From Acidobacteriota bacterium (GTDB taxonomy: Bacteria; Acidobacteriota; UBA6911; JACQSX01), in the NCBI GenBank assembly GCA_036507075.1, contig DASXQR010000003.1:32001-96000 (forward strand): DNA of 64,000 nt. The letters run 5' to 3'. Position numbers and translations under genes: made by a program. Shown in pieces: positions 51,221 through 61,746 of this stretch. Below the pieces are notes generated by a model that did not search any database, had not been told where the DNA came from, and worked only from the letters and a program-made list of their open reading frames with translations. Every line of letters starts with the position of its first letter. Position 1 is the stretch's first letter.

Positions 51221-51303
51221 CGGTTTTTGAAGTGAAGATTTTTGAATAATCCCGGCTGGTCGAGTGATATTTTCATAGCAAACTCTTCGGAGGTCTTGCG
51301 TCC

Positions 51304-53604
51304 ATGCTGATTCGATGCGTGCTCAGAGCCTTGATCTTGATCTTGATTGCGACAATAGCCGCGCAGGCAGAAAGTGCCGATCAAAAAACTCTGTTCGGAT
51401 ATTCCGGAGATGGTGCCGCGCGACAGCGGACCCTGGAGGCCCGCTTTGATTCCTATCTCCGCAAAGACAACCTTCGGGACTGGATGAAGCGGCTCTCAGC
51501 GCGCCCCCACCACGTGGGGTCTCCCTTTGGCAGGGAAGTCGCAGAATTTATCGCTTCTCAATTTCGGGCCTGGGGATATGAGACCGAGATTGAAACTTTC
51601 AAGGTTCTTTTTCCCACGCCGAACCAGCGGGTGCTGGAAATGGTGGAACCGGAAAAGTTCACCGCCCGCCTGCTGGAACCGGAGTTGAAGGAAGACGCCA
51701 CTTCCGGACGCACGCAGGAAGCCCTGCCCGCTTACAATGCGTACTCGATTGACGGAGATGTGACGGGCAAGCTGGTGTATGTCAATTATGGAGTTCCCAG
51801 GGACTACGAAGATCTTGACCAGCGCGGAATTGACGTGAAAGGTAAAATCGTGATCGCGCGCTACGGCGGCTCATGGCGAGGAATCAAACCCAAGGTGGCT
51901 GCGGAACACGGTGCCGTCGGTTGCATCATTTATTCGGATCCCCGTGACGATGGATATTTTCAGGGTGACGTTTACCCCAAAGGCGCGTGGCGCAATGATA
52001 CAGGCGCGCAGCGCGGATCGGTGGCGGACATGCCGATCCACCCGGGTGACCCGCTTACCCCGGGAACAGGTGCAACCGAAAATGCCAGGCGGCTGGAAAT
52101 GAAAGACGTTCGAACCTTCACTAGGATTCCCGTACTGCCGGTCTCTTATGCCGACGCCCTGCCGCTGCTTCGATCTCTGGAAGGTCCCGTAGCGCCGCAG
52201 TCCTGGCGTGGTGCGCTGCCCATCACCTACCATCTTGGGCCCGGACCGGCGACGGTTCATCTGAAGCTCGCGTTCGAATGGAAACTGGTGCCCGCTTATG
52301 ACGTGATAGCAAAACTGCGAGGGACTGAATTGCCGGACGAGTGGATTCTGCGCGGTAACCATCACGATGCCTGGGTTTTTGGGGCCAACGATCCGCTCAG
52401 CGGCACGGTAGCCGTAATGGAAGAGGCACGGGCTGTTGCCGAACTGGCAAAGAGCGGCTGGAAATCGAAACGGACCATCGTCTATGCGGTATGGGACGGC
52501 GAAGAGCCAGGACTTCTCGGCTCCACGGAATGGGTCGAAACCCATGCTGACATCCTCGACAAGCATGCCGCCGTGTACATCAATTCGGACACAAACGGCC
52601 GCGGTTTCCTGCAGGTCGGTGGTTCGCATGCGCTGGAGAAGATGGTGAGCGATGTGGCGCGCGACGTCATCGATCCGGAGAAGAAGATCACGGTTTTTGA
52701 GCGCGCGCGTGCTCTCAGAACACTGAGGCTGGCGGCCGACGATGAATCGGTGGGGCCTGCGCGCGAGATCCCACGATCTCCCAGTGAGGGGGCAACGCCT
52801 GATCTGCGCATCAGCGCTCTCGGCTCCGGATCCGACTACACGCCGTTCCTGCAGCATCTGGGCATTTCTACGCTCAACATCGGGTATGGCGGCGAGAATG
52901 GTGGAGGAGAGTACCATTCCATTTATGATTCCTACGATCACTACACGCGTTTTAAGGATCCCGGGTTTGACTACGGCATCGCGTTGGTGCAAACGTGTGG
53001 AAGGCTTGTTCTAAGGCTCGCCGAGGCCGACTTTCTGCCGTTGGTTTTCGCCAATCTCTCCTCTGCGATTGACGGTTATTTACGAGAGGTGACCCAACTG
53101 ACAGATGAAATGCGCGAACGAACGGCGGAAAAGAATCGAAACGTCGCCGAGAAAGCGTACTTTGCCGTCTTTGATCCCCTGCAGCCATACGTTTTGCCCA
53201 AACCGGAGGATGCTGTTCCATTCATAAATTTTGCGCCGCTGCAGAATGCGACCGCCCGGCTGCGAGAAAGCGCACGCGCCTACGATCGCGCCATTAAGCA
53301 GAGCACGGAAGGCGGTCGGAAGCTGTCTGGCGAGCGCCTGAAACAACTTGATCAGGCATTGCTCCGGACAGAACGCTTCATGTTGCGGAGCGAAGGATTG
53401 CCCCGGCGGCCCTGGTTCAGGCACCAGATTTACGCGCCGGGCGCGTATACGGGATATGGAGTCAAAACATTCCCTGGCGTAAGGGAAGCCATCGAGCAGC
53501 GCGCCTGGCGAGAGGCAGCGGAACAGATAGAATTTCTGAGCCAGACGATCGAAAAACTGGCCGATCAGATCGACACGGCCGCCAGGATTGTCAAATCAGA
53601 GTAA
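51304..53604 (+). CDS. M28 peptidase, glutamate carboxypeptidase II / transferrin-receptor-like
   Basis: PA domain, GNHHDAW, DPLSG, WDGEEPGLLGSTEW, GSGSDY, TFR dimerisation tail. Confidence 0.93.
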   Translation: MLIRCVLRALILILIATIAAQAESADQKTLFGYSGDGAARQRTLEARFDSYLRKDNLRDWMKRLSARPHHVGSPFGREVAEFIASQFRAWGYETEIETFKVLFPTPNQRVLEMVEPEKFTARLLEPELKEDATSGRTQEALPAYNAYSIDGDVTGKLVYVNYGVPRDYEDLDQRGIDVKGKIVIARYGGSWRGIKPKVAAEHGAVGCIIYSDPRDDGYFQGDVYPKGAWRNDTGAQRGSVADMPIHPGDPLTPGTGATENARRLEMKDVRTFTRIPVLPVSYADALPLLRSLEGPVAPQSWRGALPITYHLGPGPATVHLKLAFEWKLVPAYDVIAKLRGTELPDEWILRGNHHDAWVFGANDPLSGTVAVMEEARAVAELAKSGWKSKRTIVYAVWDGEEPGLLGSTEWVETHADILDKHAAVYINSDTNGRGFLQVGGSHALEKMVSDVARDVIDPEKKITVFERARALRTLRLAADDESVGPAREIPRSPSEGATPDLRISALGSGSDYTPFLQHLGISTLNIGYGGENGGGEYHSIYDSYDHYTRFKDPGFDYGIALVQTCGRLVLRLAEADFLPLVFANLSSAIDGYLREVTQLTDEMRERTAEKNRNVAEKAYFAVFDPLQPYVLPKPEDAVPFINFAPLQNATARLRESARAYDRAIKQSTEGGRKLSGERLKQLDQALLRTERFMLRSEGLPRRPWFRHQIYAPGAYTGYGVKTFPGVREAIEQRAWREAAEQIEFLSQTIEKLADQIDTAARIVKSE

Positions 53605-53619
53605 TAAATTCTTAAATAA

Positions 53620-53671
53620 CTTCGTGAAATTCGTGTAAATTCGTGAAAATTCGTGCTCGTAAAATTCGTGC
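53620..53671. repeat. 9/10-mer tandem (AAATTCGTG)n, complementary to 54612-54635
   Basis: TTCGTGAAATTCGTGTAAATTCGTGAAAATTCGTG. Confidence 0.7.
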
Positions 53672-53676
53672 TTCCG

Positions 53677-54612
53677 ATGTCGCCTGTTAGATTGCTTCTG
53701 ACCGCACTTATCCCCCCGGCGCTTTTACTGAGCGCCTGTAGTCGCCATCCCGACTCCGCCGGCGCCGTCATGGATGGCGAACCTTCCAGGCAGGAAATTT
53801 CTTTCGCCCCTTCTCTCCCGGGGACCAAAGACATGGTTTTTATTCCCGGCGGCAAATTTCTAATGGGCGCAGGCGATGGGATGCCTTACGAGGCGCCGGC
53901 GCATGAAGTCTCGGTCAAGTCGTTCCGGATCGATAAGCATGAGGTTACCGTGCGCGAGTTTTCCCGGTTTGTCAAAGAGACCGGATTCAAGACAGAAGCC
54001 GAAAAATTCGGATGGTCAGGCATTTTTAACGCCAGGACCGCCGAATGGGAAAAAGTCGACGGAGCAAACTGGCGACACCCCGACGGGCTTTCTTCTTCAG
54101 CCAGGGACGACGAGCCGGTCACCCAGGTTTCCTGGAATGACGCCTTGGCTTATGCCCGTTGGGCGCATAAGAGGCTTCCCACCGAAGCGGAGTGGGAATA
54201 CGCTGCACGAGGCGGAATAGTGGGAAAAAAATATGCGTGGGGCGACGAGCTTCGGCCTCACGGAAAGCCACCCGCAAACTGGTGGCAGGGTCACTTCCCG
54301 GAACATAACACAGGCGAGGACGGATATCTGGGACGAGCTCCGGTTGAAAAATTTCCACCGAATGGCTACGGCCTGTACGACATGACGGGAAATGTCTGGG
54401 AGTGGTGCGCGGACTGGTTTGATTCTGAATATTACGCAGCCAGCCCCCGCGAAAACCCCGCCGGCCCGGGCAAAGGCGTCGAGCGCGTTATCCGGGGCGG
54501 CTCCTTCCTGTGCAGCGAGAATTACTGCACCAATTACAGAGTGGCGGGAAGAAGCCACGCCACGCCCGACAGTGGACTGAATAACCTGGGATTCCGCTGC
54601 GTCAAGGATTGA
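53677..54612 (+). CDS. Formylglycine-generating enzyme (FGE-sulfatase/SUMF1) family lipoprotein
   Basis: LSAC lipobox, RLPTEAEWEYAARGG, NGYGLYDMTGNVWEW, RGGSFLCSENYC, GFRC. Confidence 0.92.
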   Translation: MSPVRLLLTALIPPALLLSACSRHPDSAGAVMDGEPSRQEISFAPSLPGTKDMVFIPGGKFLMGAGDGMPYEAPAHEVSVKSFRIDKHEVTVREFSRFVKETGFKTEAEKFGWSGIFNARTAEWEKVDGANWRHPDGLSSSARDDEPVTQVSWNDALAYARWAHKRLPTEAEWEYAARGGIVGKKYAWGDELRPHGKPPANWWQGHFPEHNTGEDGYLGRAPVEKFPPNGYGLYDMTGNVWEWCADWFDSEYYAASPRENPAGPGKGVERVIRGGSFLCSENYCTNYRVAGRSHATPDSGLNNLGFRCVKD

Positions 54613-54686
54613 TCACGAATTTCCACGAATTCTCGCAAAGAGGCAAACCCAAAGAGTGGAGCCTCTTGGGGCCAGGGTTTCAAGAC

Positions 54687-55433
54687 ATGAAGCAAGCCTT
54701 CAGTTCTCTGCTTGTCGTTCTGCTTTTAGCCGGGCCCGGCTTTGAAGCCAGAGATGATTTTGAGGACGGCATGCAAGCGCTGCGCAGGAAGGAATATTCC
54801 ACGGCTCTTTCCAAAATTGAAAGCGCCCTGGCCGCAGATCCGGACAACCTTCGTTATGCGAGTTACTATCGTCAGGCCGCGATCCAGTCCAAGCAGTACC
54901 AACGCTGTCTGAATTTCTTCGAAAAGCTGGCACAGACCAACCCCGCGTCCTCCAATGTCGCCCTCAATTACGGTTTCGCCTGCGTGGACAAGATTCCTGA
55001 TGCCGGAGTCTTTTCTCAGGTAATTCTTGCCAACAGAGCAATCTCGCTGTTTACCAAGGCCCTGGAGCTCCAAAAGAGCTGGATTGTCTACTACACTCGG
55101 GGTAACAGTTACTTGTACTGGCCGAAGGTGTTCAACCGCACCCGCCTGGCGGTGGCCGATCTGGAAGAGGCTCTGAACCTGCAAAAACTGGATAGGAAAC
55201 GCAGCTACTACGTTCGCACTTACATATCTCTGGGTGACGCCTACTTGAGAATGGACAGTGTCGACAAAGCCAAGGCTGTCTGGCAGGAGGGATTGGCGTC
55301 ATTTTCCGGAGATGCCCAACTGCGACAGCGATTGTCTATGAACCTGGAAAGACTCAAGACGCTCATTTACAATACTTACAATCCCGCAAAACGCGTGGAC
55401 ACCAGGCTGGATGAGCTCTGGATGGAGCCATAA
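54687..55433 (+). CDS. TPR-repeat exported protein
   Basis: Signal peptide; TPR-like helices (ALAADPDN, YISLGDAYLRMDSVDKAKAVWQEGL). Confidence 0.75.
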   Translation: MKQAFSSLLVVLLLAGPGFEARDDFEDGMQALRRKEYSTALSKIESALAADPDNLRYASYYRQAAIQSKQYQRCLNFFEKLAQTNPASSNVALNYGFACVDKIPDAGVFSQVILANRAISLFTKALELQKSWIVYYTRGNSYLYWPKVFNRTRLAVADLEEALNLQKLDRKRSYYVRTYISLGDAYLRMDSVDKAKAVWQEGLASFSGDAQLRQRLSMNLERLKTLIYNTYNPAKRVDTRLDELWMEP

Positions 55434-55438
55434 TTCGC

Positions 55439-56851
55439 GTGACGCCCGAAGAGTTTCGGACGATCGGATACAAAATCATCGACTGGATTGCCGAATATCG
55501 CGCCAGGGCAGCTGAACTACCTGTAATGCCAAGAGTGGGACCGGGCGACATCAAAGCCCAGCTTCCCACAGGGCCCCCCGAGCACCCCGAATCTTTTGCG
55601 GACATTTTGCAGGATCTTGACCGCATCATATTACCCGGGTTGTTGCATTGGCAGCACCCGCGGTTCTTCGGATATTTTCCGTCCAATGGCCTTCTGTCCA
55701 GCGTTCTGGGCGATTACGTAAGCACCGGCCTGGGAGTATTGGGACTTTCCTGGCAATCCAGTCCCGCAGTCACCGAACTGGAGGAAGTGGTAACAGATTG
55801 GATGCGCCGCATGGTGGGTCTTTCAGAAAACTGGATTGGTGTCATTCAAGACACCGCTTCTACTTCGACGCTAGTGGCGTTGTTGTGTGCCCGCGAGAAA
55901 ACCACCCGCTACAGCCTCAGCCGCGGCGGCTTGCAGGCAGAGAAGCAGCCACTGGTGATCTATATCTCAGAGCAGAGTCACAGTTCCGTGAACAAGGCCG
56001 CCCTTCTTGCCGGATTCGGCAAGGAGAACATCCGAATGGTAGTAACGGACGAAGGGAACGCAATGCGCTCAGACGAGCTCGATGAGCTCATCGAAACAGA
56101 CATCTCCGCAGGTTTGCGGCCCTGCGCCATCACCGCCACAACCGGGACGACCATATCGACGGCTTTGGATCCCCTGGAGCCGATCAGCCGGATTGCGCAA
56201 AAATACGGCGTCTGGTTGCATGTGGACGCGGCCATGGCCGGATCAGCCATGATTCTTCCCGAGTGCCGGTGGATGTGGCATGGAATCGAAAACGCCGATT
56301 CACTTGTCCTCAACAGTCACAAATGGCTCGGTGCTGCTTTCGATTGTTCGCTCTACTACGTTCGTGATCCCGACCATCTGGTGCGCGTCATGTCGACCAA
56401 TCCGAGCTATCTGCGATCTGAGGCGGACAGCGAGGTCAAAAATCTGCGCGATTGGGGACTTCCACTGGGACGGCGCTTCCGCGCGCTGAAGCTCTGGTTT
56501 CTGATCCGGGAGCAGGGAATCGCCGGCTTGCAGGCGCGTCTTCGCCGGGACATCGCAAATGCGCAATGGCTGGCCGGACAGGTAAGCGCCGCACCCAACT
56601 GGAGAGTGTTGGCGCCGGTTCCTTTGCAGACGATCTGCGTTCGTCACGAACCAGCCGGTCTGGAAGGGGATGCCCTTGACCGGCATACTCTGGCCTGGGT
56701 CGACCGCGTGAACCGCTCCGGTGGTGCTTATTTGACCCCCGCAATCCTGCAGGGCAAATGGATGGTGCGGATCTCAATTGGATCGGTCCCCACCGAGCGC
56801 GAAGATGTTGAGGTCCTATGGCAATTGATGCGCCAGGAGGCAGAGACGTGA
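55439..56851 (+). CDS. PLP-dependent aromatic-L-amino-acid decarboxylase family protein
   Basis: HWQHPRFFGYFP, SSPAVTELE, WLHVDAAMAG, NSHKW, LGRRFRALKLWF. Confidence 0.92.
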   Translation: MTPEEFRTIGYKIIDWIAEYRARAAELPVMPRVGPGDIKAQLPTGPPEHPESFADILQDLDRIILPGLLHWQHPRFFGYFPSNGLLSSVLGDYVSTGLGVLGLSWQSSPAVTELEEVVTDWMRRMVGLSENWIGVIQDTASTSTLVALLCAREKTTRYSLSRGGLQAEKQPLVIYISEQSHSSVNKAALLAGFGKENIRMVVTDEGNAMRSDELDELIETDISAGLRPCAITATTGTTISTALDPLEPISRIAQKYGVWLHVDAAMAGSAMILPECRWMWHGIENADSLVLNSHKWLGAAFDCSLYYVRDPDHLVRVMSTNPSYLRSEADSEVKNLRDWGLPLGRRFRALKLWFLIREQGIAGLQARLRRDIANAQWLAGQVSAAPNWRVLAPVPLQTICVRHEPAGLEGDALDRHTLAWVDRVNRSGGAYLTPAILQGKWMVRISIGSVPTEREDVEVLWQLMRQEAET

Positions 56852-56852
56852 A

Positions 56853-56943
56853 GTGGAGAGACGGCCCGAGGGCCGTCTCAGGGAATATCGCTGGATCGCT
56901 CTGCCGTCGACTTCGCCTGAGACGGCCCCCAGGCCGTCTCTCC
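56853..56943. repeat. REPIN-like doublet GTGGAGAGACGGCCCGAGGGCCGTCTC..
   Basis: Second copy of 36115-36205. Confidence 0.8.
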
Positions 56944-57021
56944 TCTCTCTTTGGTTTTGTAAACAGCGCTCGCGTCGGATATGGTAGACGGTTGTGAGAC
57001 GTCAAATACTGGAAGGTGCTC

Positions 57022-57678
57022 ATGAATAAGACGGTCTTTCGCGCAGTGCTGTTGGCACAAGTCCTGACAATGTTTTCATTGCTGCTGCCGGCCCAAACCG
57101 CCAAGGGGAGAACTGCCAGGTCGACTGCATCGACCAAGGCCAAAGGATCTCCTGCTGCATCGATCAAGGCCAAGGGATCTACTGTCGTAAGGATGGAGAC
57201 TTCGCTCGGGCCGATTGTTTTGCAGCTAAATCCCGACAAGGCCCCCATTTCCGTCAAGAACTTTCTGGCATACGTCGATTCTGGTTTTTACAACGGAACG
57301 ATATTCCACCGGGTGATTCCAACCTTTATGATCCAGGGTGGAGGGTTCACGCCCGCCATGGTCAAGAAGACGACCAGGCCGCCGATCAAAAATGAGGCCG
57401 GCAACGGGCTGAGCAACAAAAGAGGAACAATCGCAATGGCCCGGACGCCAGAAGTGGACAGCGCCAGCGCGCAGTTTTTCATCAACGTCCGCGACAACTC
57501 GGCAAGTCTAGATCACCGCGATAACTCCCCCGATGCCTACGGTTATGCGGTTTTCGGCAAAGTGATTTCAGGAATGGATGTGGTCGATAAAATCAAGAAT
57601 GTGGCCACTACAACCAAAGGCAGTTATCAGAACGTCCCCGTCCGCCCTGTAACCATTAAGTCTGTCAAACGCACATAG
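57022..57678 (+). CDS. ppiA: Cyclophilin-type peptidyl-prolyl cis-trans isomerase (exported)
   Basis: [47 protein letters not shown]. Confidence 0.92.
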   Translation: MNKTVFRAVLLAQVLTMFSLLLPAQTAKGRTARSTASTKAKGSPAASIKAKGSTVVRMETSLGPIVLQLNPDKAPISVKNFLAYVDSGFYNGTIFHRVIPTFMIQGGGFTPAMVKKTTRPPIKNEAGNGLSNKRGTIAMARTPEVDSASAQFFINVRDNSASLDHRDNSPDAYGYAVFGKVISGMDVVDKIKNVATTTKGSYQNVPVRPVTIKSVKRT

Positions 57679-57738
57679 GCAGAGACGGCGACTAGCGGCG
57701 CGGCCGTGGACCGTTGATTAGATTGGCGGCAGCAAACG

Positions 57739-57948
57739 GGTCAACTCCGGTCAACTTCTCGCTTTTTTAACAGAGTTTTGTCTGGCGCCTACATTCCTTC
57801 ACCGCAGAGGCGCAGAGAACGCAGGGAATGCGCAGAGTTTTGTTTGCGTGTCTCTGCGCAACCTCTGCGTTCTCTGCGCCTCTGCGGTGATTTTTGAATT
57901 CGATGACTCGTAATCCGTGATACTAATGACCATTGACCGATGACCATT
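57739..57948 (+). repeat. Second copy of the 8221-8370 composite plus a TGACCA(T/G) heptamer run
   Basis: Direct alignment to 8234-8363. Confidence 0.82.
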
Positions 57949-57979
57949 TCGGTTTCGTCCCTGGTTTTCACGGTGCGTC

Positions 57980-58639
57980 ATGCCTCAGATTTTTCATCGC
58001 AGTACAAACACACTTTCCAAGGCAAGCATTTTCGGAGCGGTCTTCTTCCTGGCGGCCCTTCTGTGGGTTATCGCCGAGGTAAACCGTTCCGCTTACAATA
58101 CTGGAGCCTGGGTTGAACGAGCACAACCGGTGCAGTTCAGCCACAAGCATCATGTCGGTGATGACGGCATTGACTGTCGCTACTGCCATGCGTCTGTGGA
58201 GTATTCTGCTTCCGCCGGAATGCCAAGCACTCGAGTCTGCATGAATTGTCATTCACAGATCTGGTCCGAGAGCCCCTACCTGCAGCCGGTGCGCGAGAGC
58301 TGGCGCTCCGGGATGCCGATTCACTGGATCAGAGTCCATGATCTTCCTGACTTCGTGTATTTCAATCACAGCATCCACGTAAATAAGGGTGTCGGTTGCG
58401 TGACCTGTCACGGGCGGGTGGATCAGATGCCGCTGATGGCGCAGGTATCCTCGCTGCAGATGGAGTGGTGCCTTGACTGTCATCGTCATCCTGAGCGAGT
58501 GCTGCGGCCCCACGACCAGATTTACAACATGGCGTGGGAACCGCCGCCAAACCAGATTGCCCAGGGTCGCAGGCTGATGAACGAGTACGGGATACCTTCG
58601 CCGGTCCTGTTGACGAACTGTTCCACCTGTCATCGATAA
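57980..58639 (+). CDS. actA: Alternative complex III pentaheme cytochrome c subunit
   Basis: Five CxxCH motifs, QPVQFSHKHH, LPDFVYFNHSIH. Confidence 0.93.
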   Translation: MPQIFHRSTNTLSKASIFGAVFFLAALLWVIAEVNRSAYNTGAWVERAQPVQFSHKHHVGDDGIDCRYCHASVEYSASAGMPSTRVCMNCHSQIWSESPYLQPVRESWRSGMPIHWIRVHDLPDFVYFNHSIHVNKGVGCVTCHGRVDQMPLMAQVSSLQMEWCLDCHRHPERVLRPHDQIYNMAWEPPPNQIAQGRRLMNEYGIPSPVLLTNCSTCHR

Positions 58640-58646
58640 CTTCGCC

Positions 58647-61600
58647 ATGGCACCGGAAACCAATTCCAGAGGTTTGATCGCGCTTCGCGAAAGATTGAGC
58701 GGCGCCGGCGGGAAGGATTATTGGCGCAGTCTCGAGGAGCTTGCCGGCACGAAGGAATTTGAAGATTTCGTCGCAAGAGAATTTCCAGCCCAAGCCTCGG
58801 AATGGACCGATCCGGTGGGACGCAGAACCTTTCTGAAACTGATGGCCGCCTCGCTGGCGCTGGCCGGATTGGAAGCCTGCGCGCACCAACCGCCCGAAGA
58901 GGTCGTGCCGTTTGTGCGACAGCCCGAAGAAATGGTTCCGGGAAAGGCGCTGTTCTTTGCCACCGCGATGACGCTTTCGGGGGTTGCCACGGGGTTGCTC
59001 GCCAAGAGCGTGGAGGGTCGTCCTATTAAGATTGAAGGCAACCCGGAACACGCATCCAGTCTGGGAGCCACCGACATTTTGACTCAAGCCTCGCTGCTGA
59101 CCTTGTATGATCCGGATCGCTCGCAAACCGTTACTTATCGCGGCGATATCCGGTCGTGGTCCTCCTTCCTTGTCGACATTCAGGTGACTCTGGAGAGGCT
59201 CCGCATAAAGCAGGGAGCGGGCCTGTATTTCCTTACTGAAACCATTACCTCGCCCACCGTCGCCGAGCAACTGAACGCGATAAGGTCCGACCTAGGGCAG
59301 GCGCAATGGCACCAGTACGACCCGGCGAATCGGGACTACGCCCGGGCAGGCGCGCTGCTTGCGTTGGGAAATGACGTAGAGACTGTTTACGCCGTGGATA
59401 AGGCCGACAGGATTATTTCGCTGGGCTCGGATTTCCTGAGCTGCGGCCGCGGCCATCTGAAATACATTCGCGATTTCAGCGCCAGGCGGCGGGTTGCTCA
59501 GCCGGGCGATTCGATGAATCGGCTTTATGTTGTCGAGTGTACTCCCTCCAACACCGGCGCGAAGGCGGACCACCGGCTTTCAGTCCGCCCGAGTGAGATG
59601 GAGATCCTGGCGCGCGTCTTAGCTTCCGCAGTCGGCGCATCCTTCCCGGAAGGAACAGGAGCGCAGCAGCCGGGCCGGACAACGGAAGCGCAGGCAAAGT
59701 GGATTTCTGCAGCGGCCAGGGACTTGAGCGAGCATTCAGGGCAGTCGGTCGTGATTGCGGGAAACGAGCAGCCGCCCGCTGTCCACGCGCTCGCCCACGC
59801 GATGAATCAAAGACTGGGGAACGTCGGGAAAACCGTGCTGTACACCAGCCCAATTGAAGCAAATTCCACCGATCAGACACAGTCGCTTCGCCAGCTCACT
59901 TCCGACATGGATGCCGGCAAGGTGGACGTGTTGGCCATCGTGGGCGGAAATCCAGTCTACAACGCCCCGGCTGACCTTAACTTTGCGCAGCGCATGGGGA
60001 AAGTGAACCTGCGCATCCATCTCAGTCTTTATGAGGACGAAACCTCGGACCTGTGTCACTGGCACATTCCCGAGGCGCACTACCTGGAATCGTGGGGCGA
60101 CAGCCGCGCGTATGACGGAACTGTGATGCTGACGCAGCCGTTGATTGCTCCTCTTTATTACGGAAAGACAGCTCACGAATTCCTGGCCGCTTTCTCGGGC
60201 AAGCCGGAGCAATCCGGCTATGACATCCTGCGCGACTATTGGAAGAAGAATTGGACACGATTCGGGTCGGGTGATTTTGAACACTGGTGGAGGAAGTCTG
60301 TTCACGACGGCTTTGTGACCAACAGCGAATTCCTTCCAAACCCCGGCGCAGGCACTCAGGTCAATGCCGGGAAATCATCGCCGCCGCCAGGGCGCGCCGC
60401 CGGCGCATTCGAACAACAGCAGCCTATGGCACCGTCGCCCGGCCTGCCCGGGCAAGCAGGTTCCCTTGAAATTCTGTTTCGCACGGATCCGGCCGTTTAC
60501 GATGGACGATTCGCCAACAATGGCTGGTTACAGGAGCTGCCCAAGCCGCTGACCAAGCTCACCTGGGACAATGCCGCAATGGTCAGTCCGAAAACAGCCG
60601 AGCGGCTGGGATTTTCGATGAGCGCAGGCGTGGAAGGTGGAAATTACTCCGTTGACGTCGTGGAACTGGGATATCGCGGACGAACTGTGCAGGCGCCGAT
60701 TTGGATCCTGCCGGGCCAGCCGGATGACAGCGTAACCGTTCATCTTGGATACGGCCGATCCCGCGCCGGAAGAGTGGGCACGGCGGCCGGGTTCAATGCC
60801 TTTGCCATCCGGACTTCCGACAGTCCATGGTTTGCCACCGGTTTGAGCATTCGAAAGACCAGAATGCGCCATCGAGTTTCGTGCACGCAGTTACATCACA
60901 CCATGGAAAACCGCGATCCGGTGCGCTCCGCGACGCTGGAAGAGTATCGCCGGCATCCGGATTTTGTTCGCGGGCATGCAGGCGATTCAGAAGATTCTCC
61001 GTCGCTCTATCCACGCCACGAATACAAAGGCTACGCCTGGGGGATGGCCATCGACACGACTGCCTGCGTCGGGTGCAGCGCGTGCGTTGTGGCTTGCCAG
61101 GCAGAGAATAACATTCCTGTGGTTGGAAAAGAGCAGGTTGGGCGCAGTCGCGAGATGCACTGGATTCGAGTGGATCGCTACTACCAGGGCAGCAGTGACG
61201 ATCCGCGGACTTATTTCCAGCCGGTTCCGTGCATGCACTGTGAAAACGCACCCTGCGAGCCGGTTTGTCCCGTGGGGGCGACGGTTCACAGTGCCGAAGG
61301 ATTGAACGAGATGGTCTACAACCGGTGCGTCGGCACCCGTTACTGCTCGAACAACTGCCCATATAAGGTGCGGCGCTTCAATTTTCTGCTTTATTCGGAC
61401 TGGAACACTCCCAGCCTGAAGCTGGCGCGCAATCCGGAGGTGACTGTTCGGAGCCGCGGGGTCATGGAAAAGTGCACCTATTGCGTGCAGCGCATCAATG
61501 CCGCGCGTATTGAAGCAGAAAAGGAAAACCGTTCGATCCGCGATGGGGAAATTGTCACCGCGTGCCAGGCATCGTGTCCGGCGGAAGCGATCGTTTTCGG

Positions 61601-61745
61601 AAATATCAAGGATCCGAACAGCCGGGTTGCGAAGCTGAAAGCTCAGCCGCGCAATTATTCGCTGCTGGCGGATTTAAATACGCAGCCGCGCACCACTTAT
61701 CTGGCCGTGGTGCGCAATCCCAATCCCGAACTGGAAAAGTCCTAG
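58647..61745 (+). CDS. actB: Alternative complex III subunit B (molybdopterin-oxidoreductase-like plus 4Fe-4S)
   Basis: YWRSLEEL, Tat [43 protein letters not shown]. Confidence 0.94.
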   Translation: MAPETNSRGLIALRERLSGAGGKDYWRSLEELAGTKEFEDFVAREFPAQASEWTDPVGRRTFLKLMAASLALAGLEACAHQPPEEVVPFVRQPEEMVPGKALFFATAMTLSGVATGLLAKSVEGRPIKIEGNPEHASSLGATDILTQASLLTLYDPDRSQTVTYRGDIRSWSSFLVDIQVTLERLRIKQGAGLYFLTETITSPTVAEQLNAIRSDLGQAQWHQYDPANRDYARAGALLALGNDVETVYAVDKADRIISLGSDFLSCGRGHLKYIRDFSARRRVAQPGDSMNRLYVVECTPSNTGAKADHRLSVRPSEMEILARVLASAVGASFPEGTGAQQPGRTTEAQAKWISAAARDLSEHSGQSVVIAGNEQPPAVHALAHAMNQRLGNVGKTVLYTSPIEANSTDQTQSLRQLTSDMDAGKVDVLAIVGGNPVYNAPADLNFAQRMGKVNLRIHLSLYEDETSDLCHWHIPEAHYLESWGDSRAYDGTVMLTQPLIAPLYYGKTAHEFLAAFSGKPEQSGYDILRDYWKKNWTRFGSGDFEHWWRKSVHDGFVTNSEFLPNPGAGTQVNAGKSSPPPGRAAGAFEQQQPMAPSPGLPGQAGSLEILFRTDPAVYDGRFANNGWLQELPKPLTKLTWDNAAMVSPKTAERLGFSMSAGVEGGNYSVDVVELGYRGRTVQAPIWILPGQPDDSVTVHLGYGRSRAGRVGTAAGFNAFAIRTSDSPWFATGLSIRKTRMRHRVSCTQLHHTMENRDPVRSATLEEYRRHPDFVRGHAGDSEDSPSLYPRHEYKGYAWGMAIDTTACVGCSACVVACQAENNIPVVGKEQVGRSREMHWIRVDRYYQGSSDDPRTYFQPVPCMHCENAPCEPVCPVGATVHSAEGLNEMVYNRCVGTRYCSNNCPYKVRRFNFLLYSDWNTPSLKLARNPEVTVRSRGVMEKCTYCVQRINAARIEAEKENRSIRDGEIVTACQASCPAEAIVFGNIKDPNSRVAKLKAQPRNYSLLADLNTQPRTTYLAVVRNPNPELEKS

Positions 61746-61746
61746 T

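Noticed and set aside
53677..54612. DGR target (CLec/FGE fold ending in GFRC)
   Set aside because: No template repeat, RT or avd in the window; the protein keeps the FGE catalytic cysteines (CSENYC).
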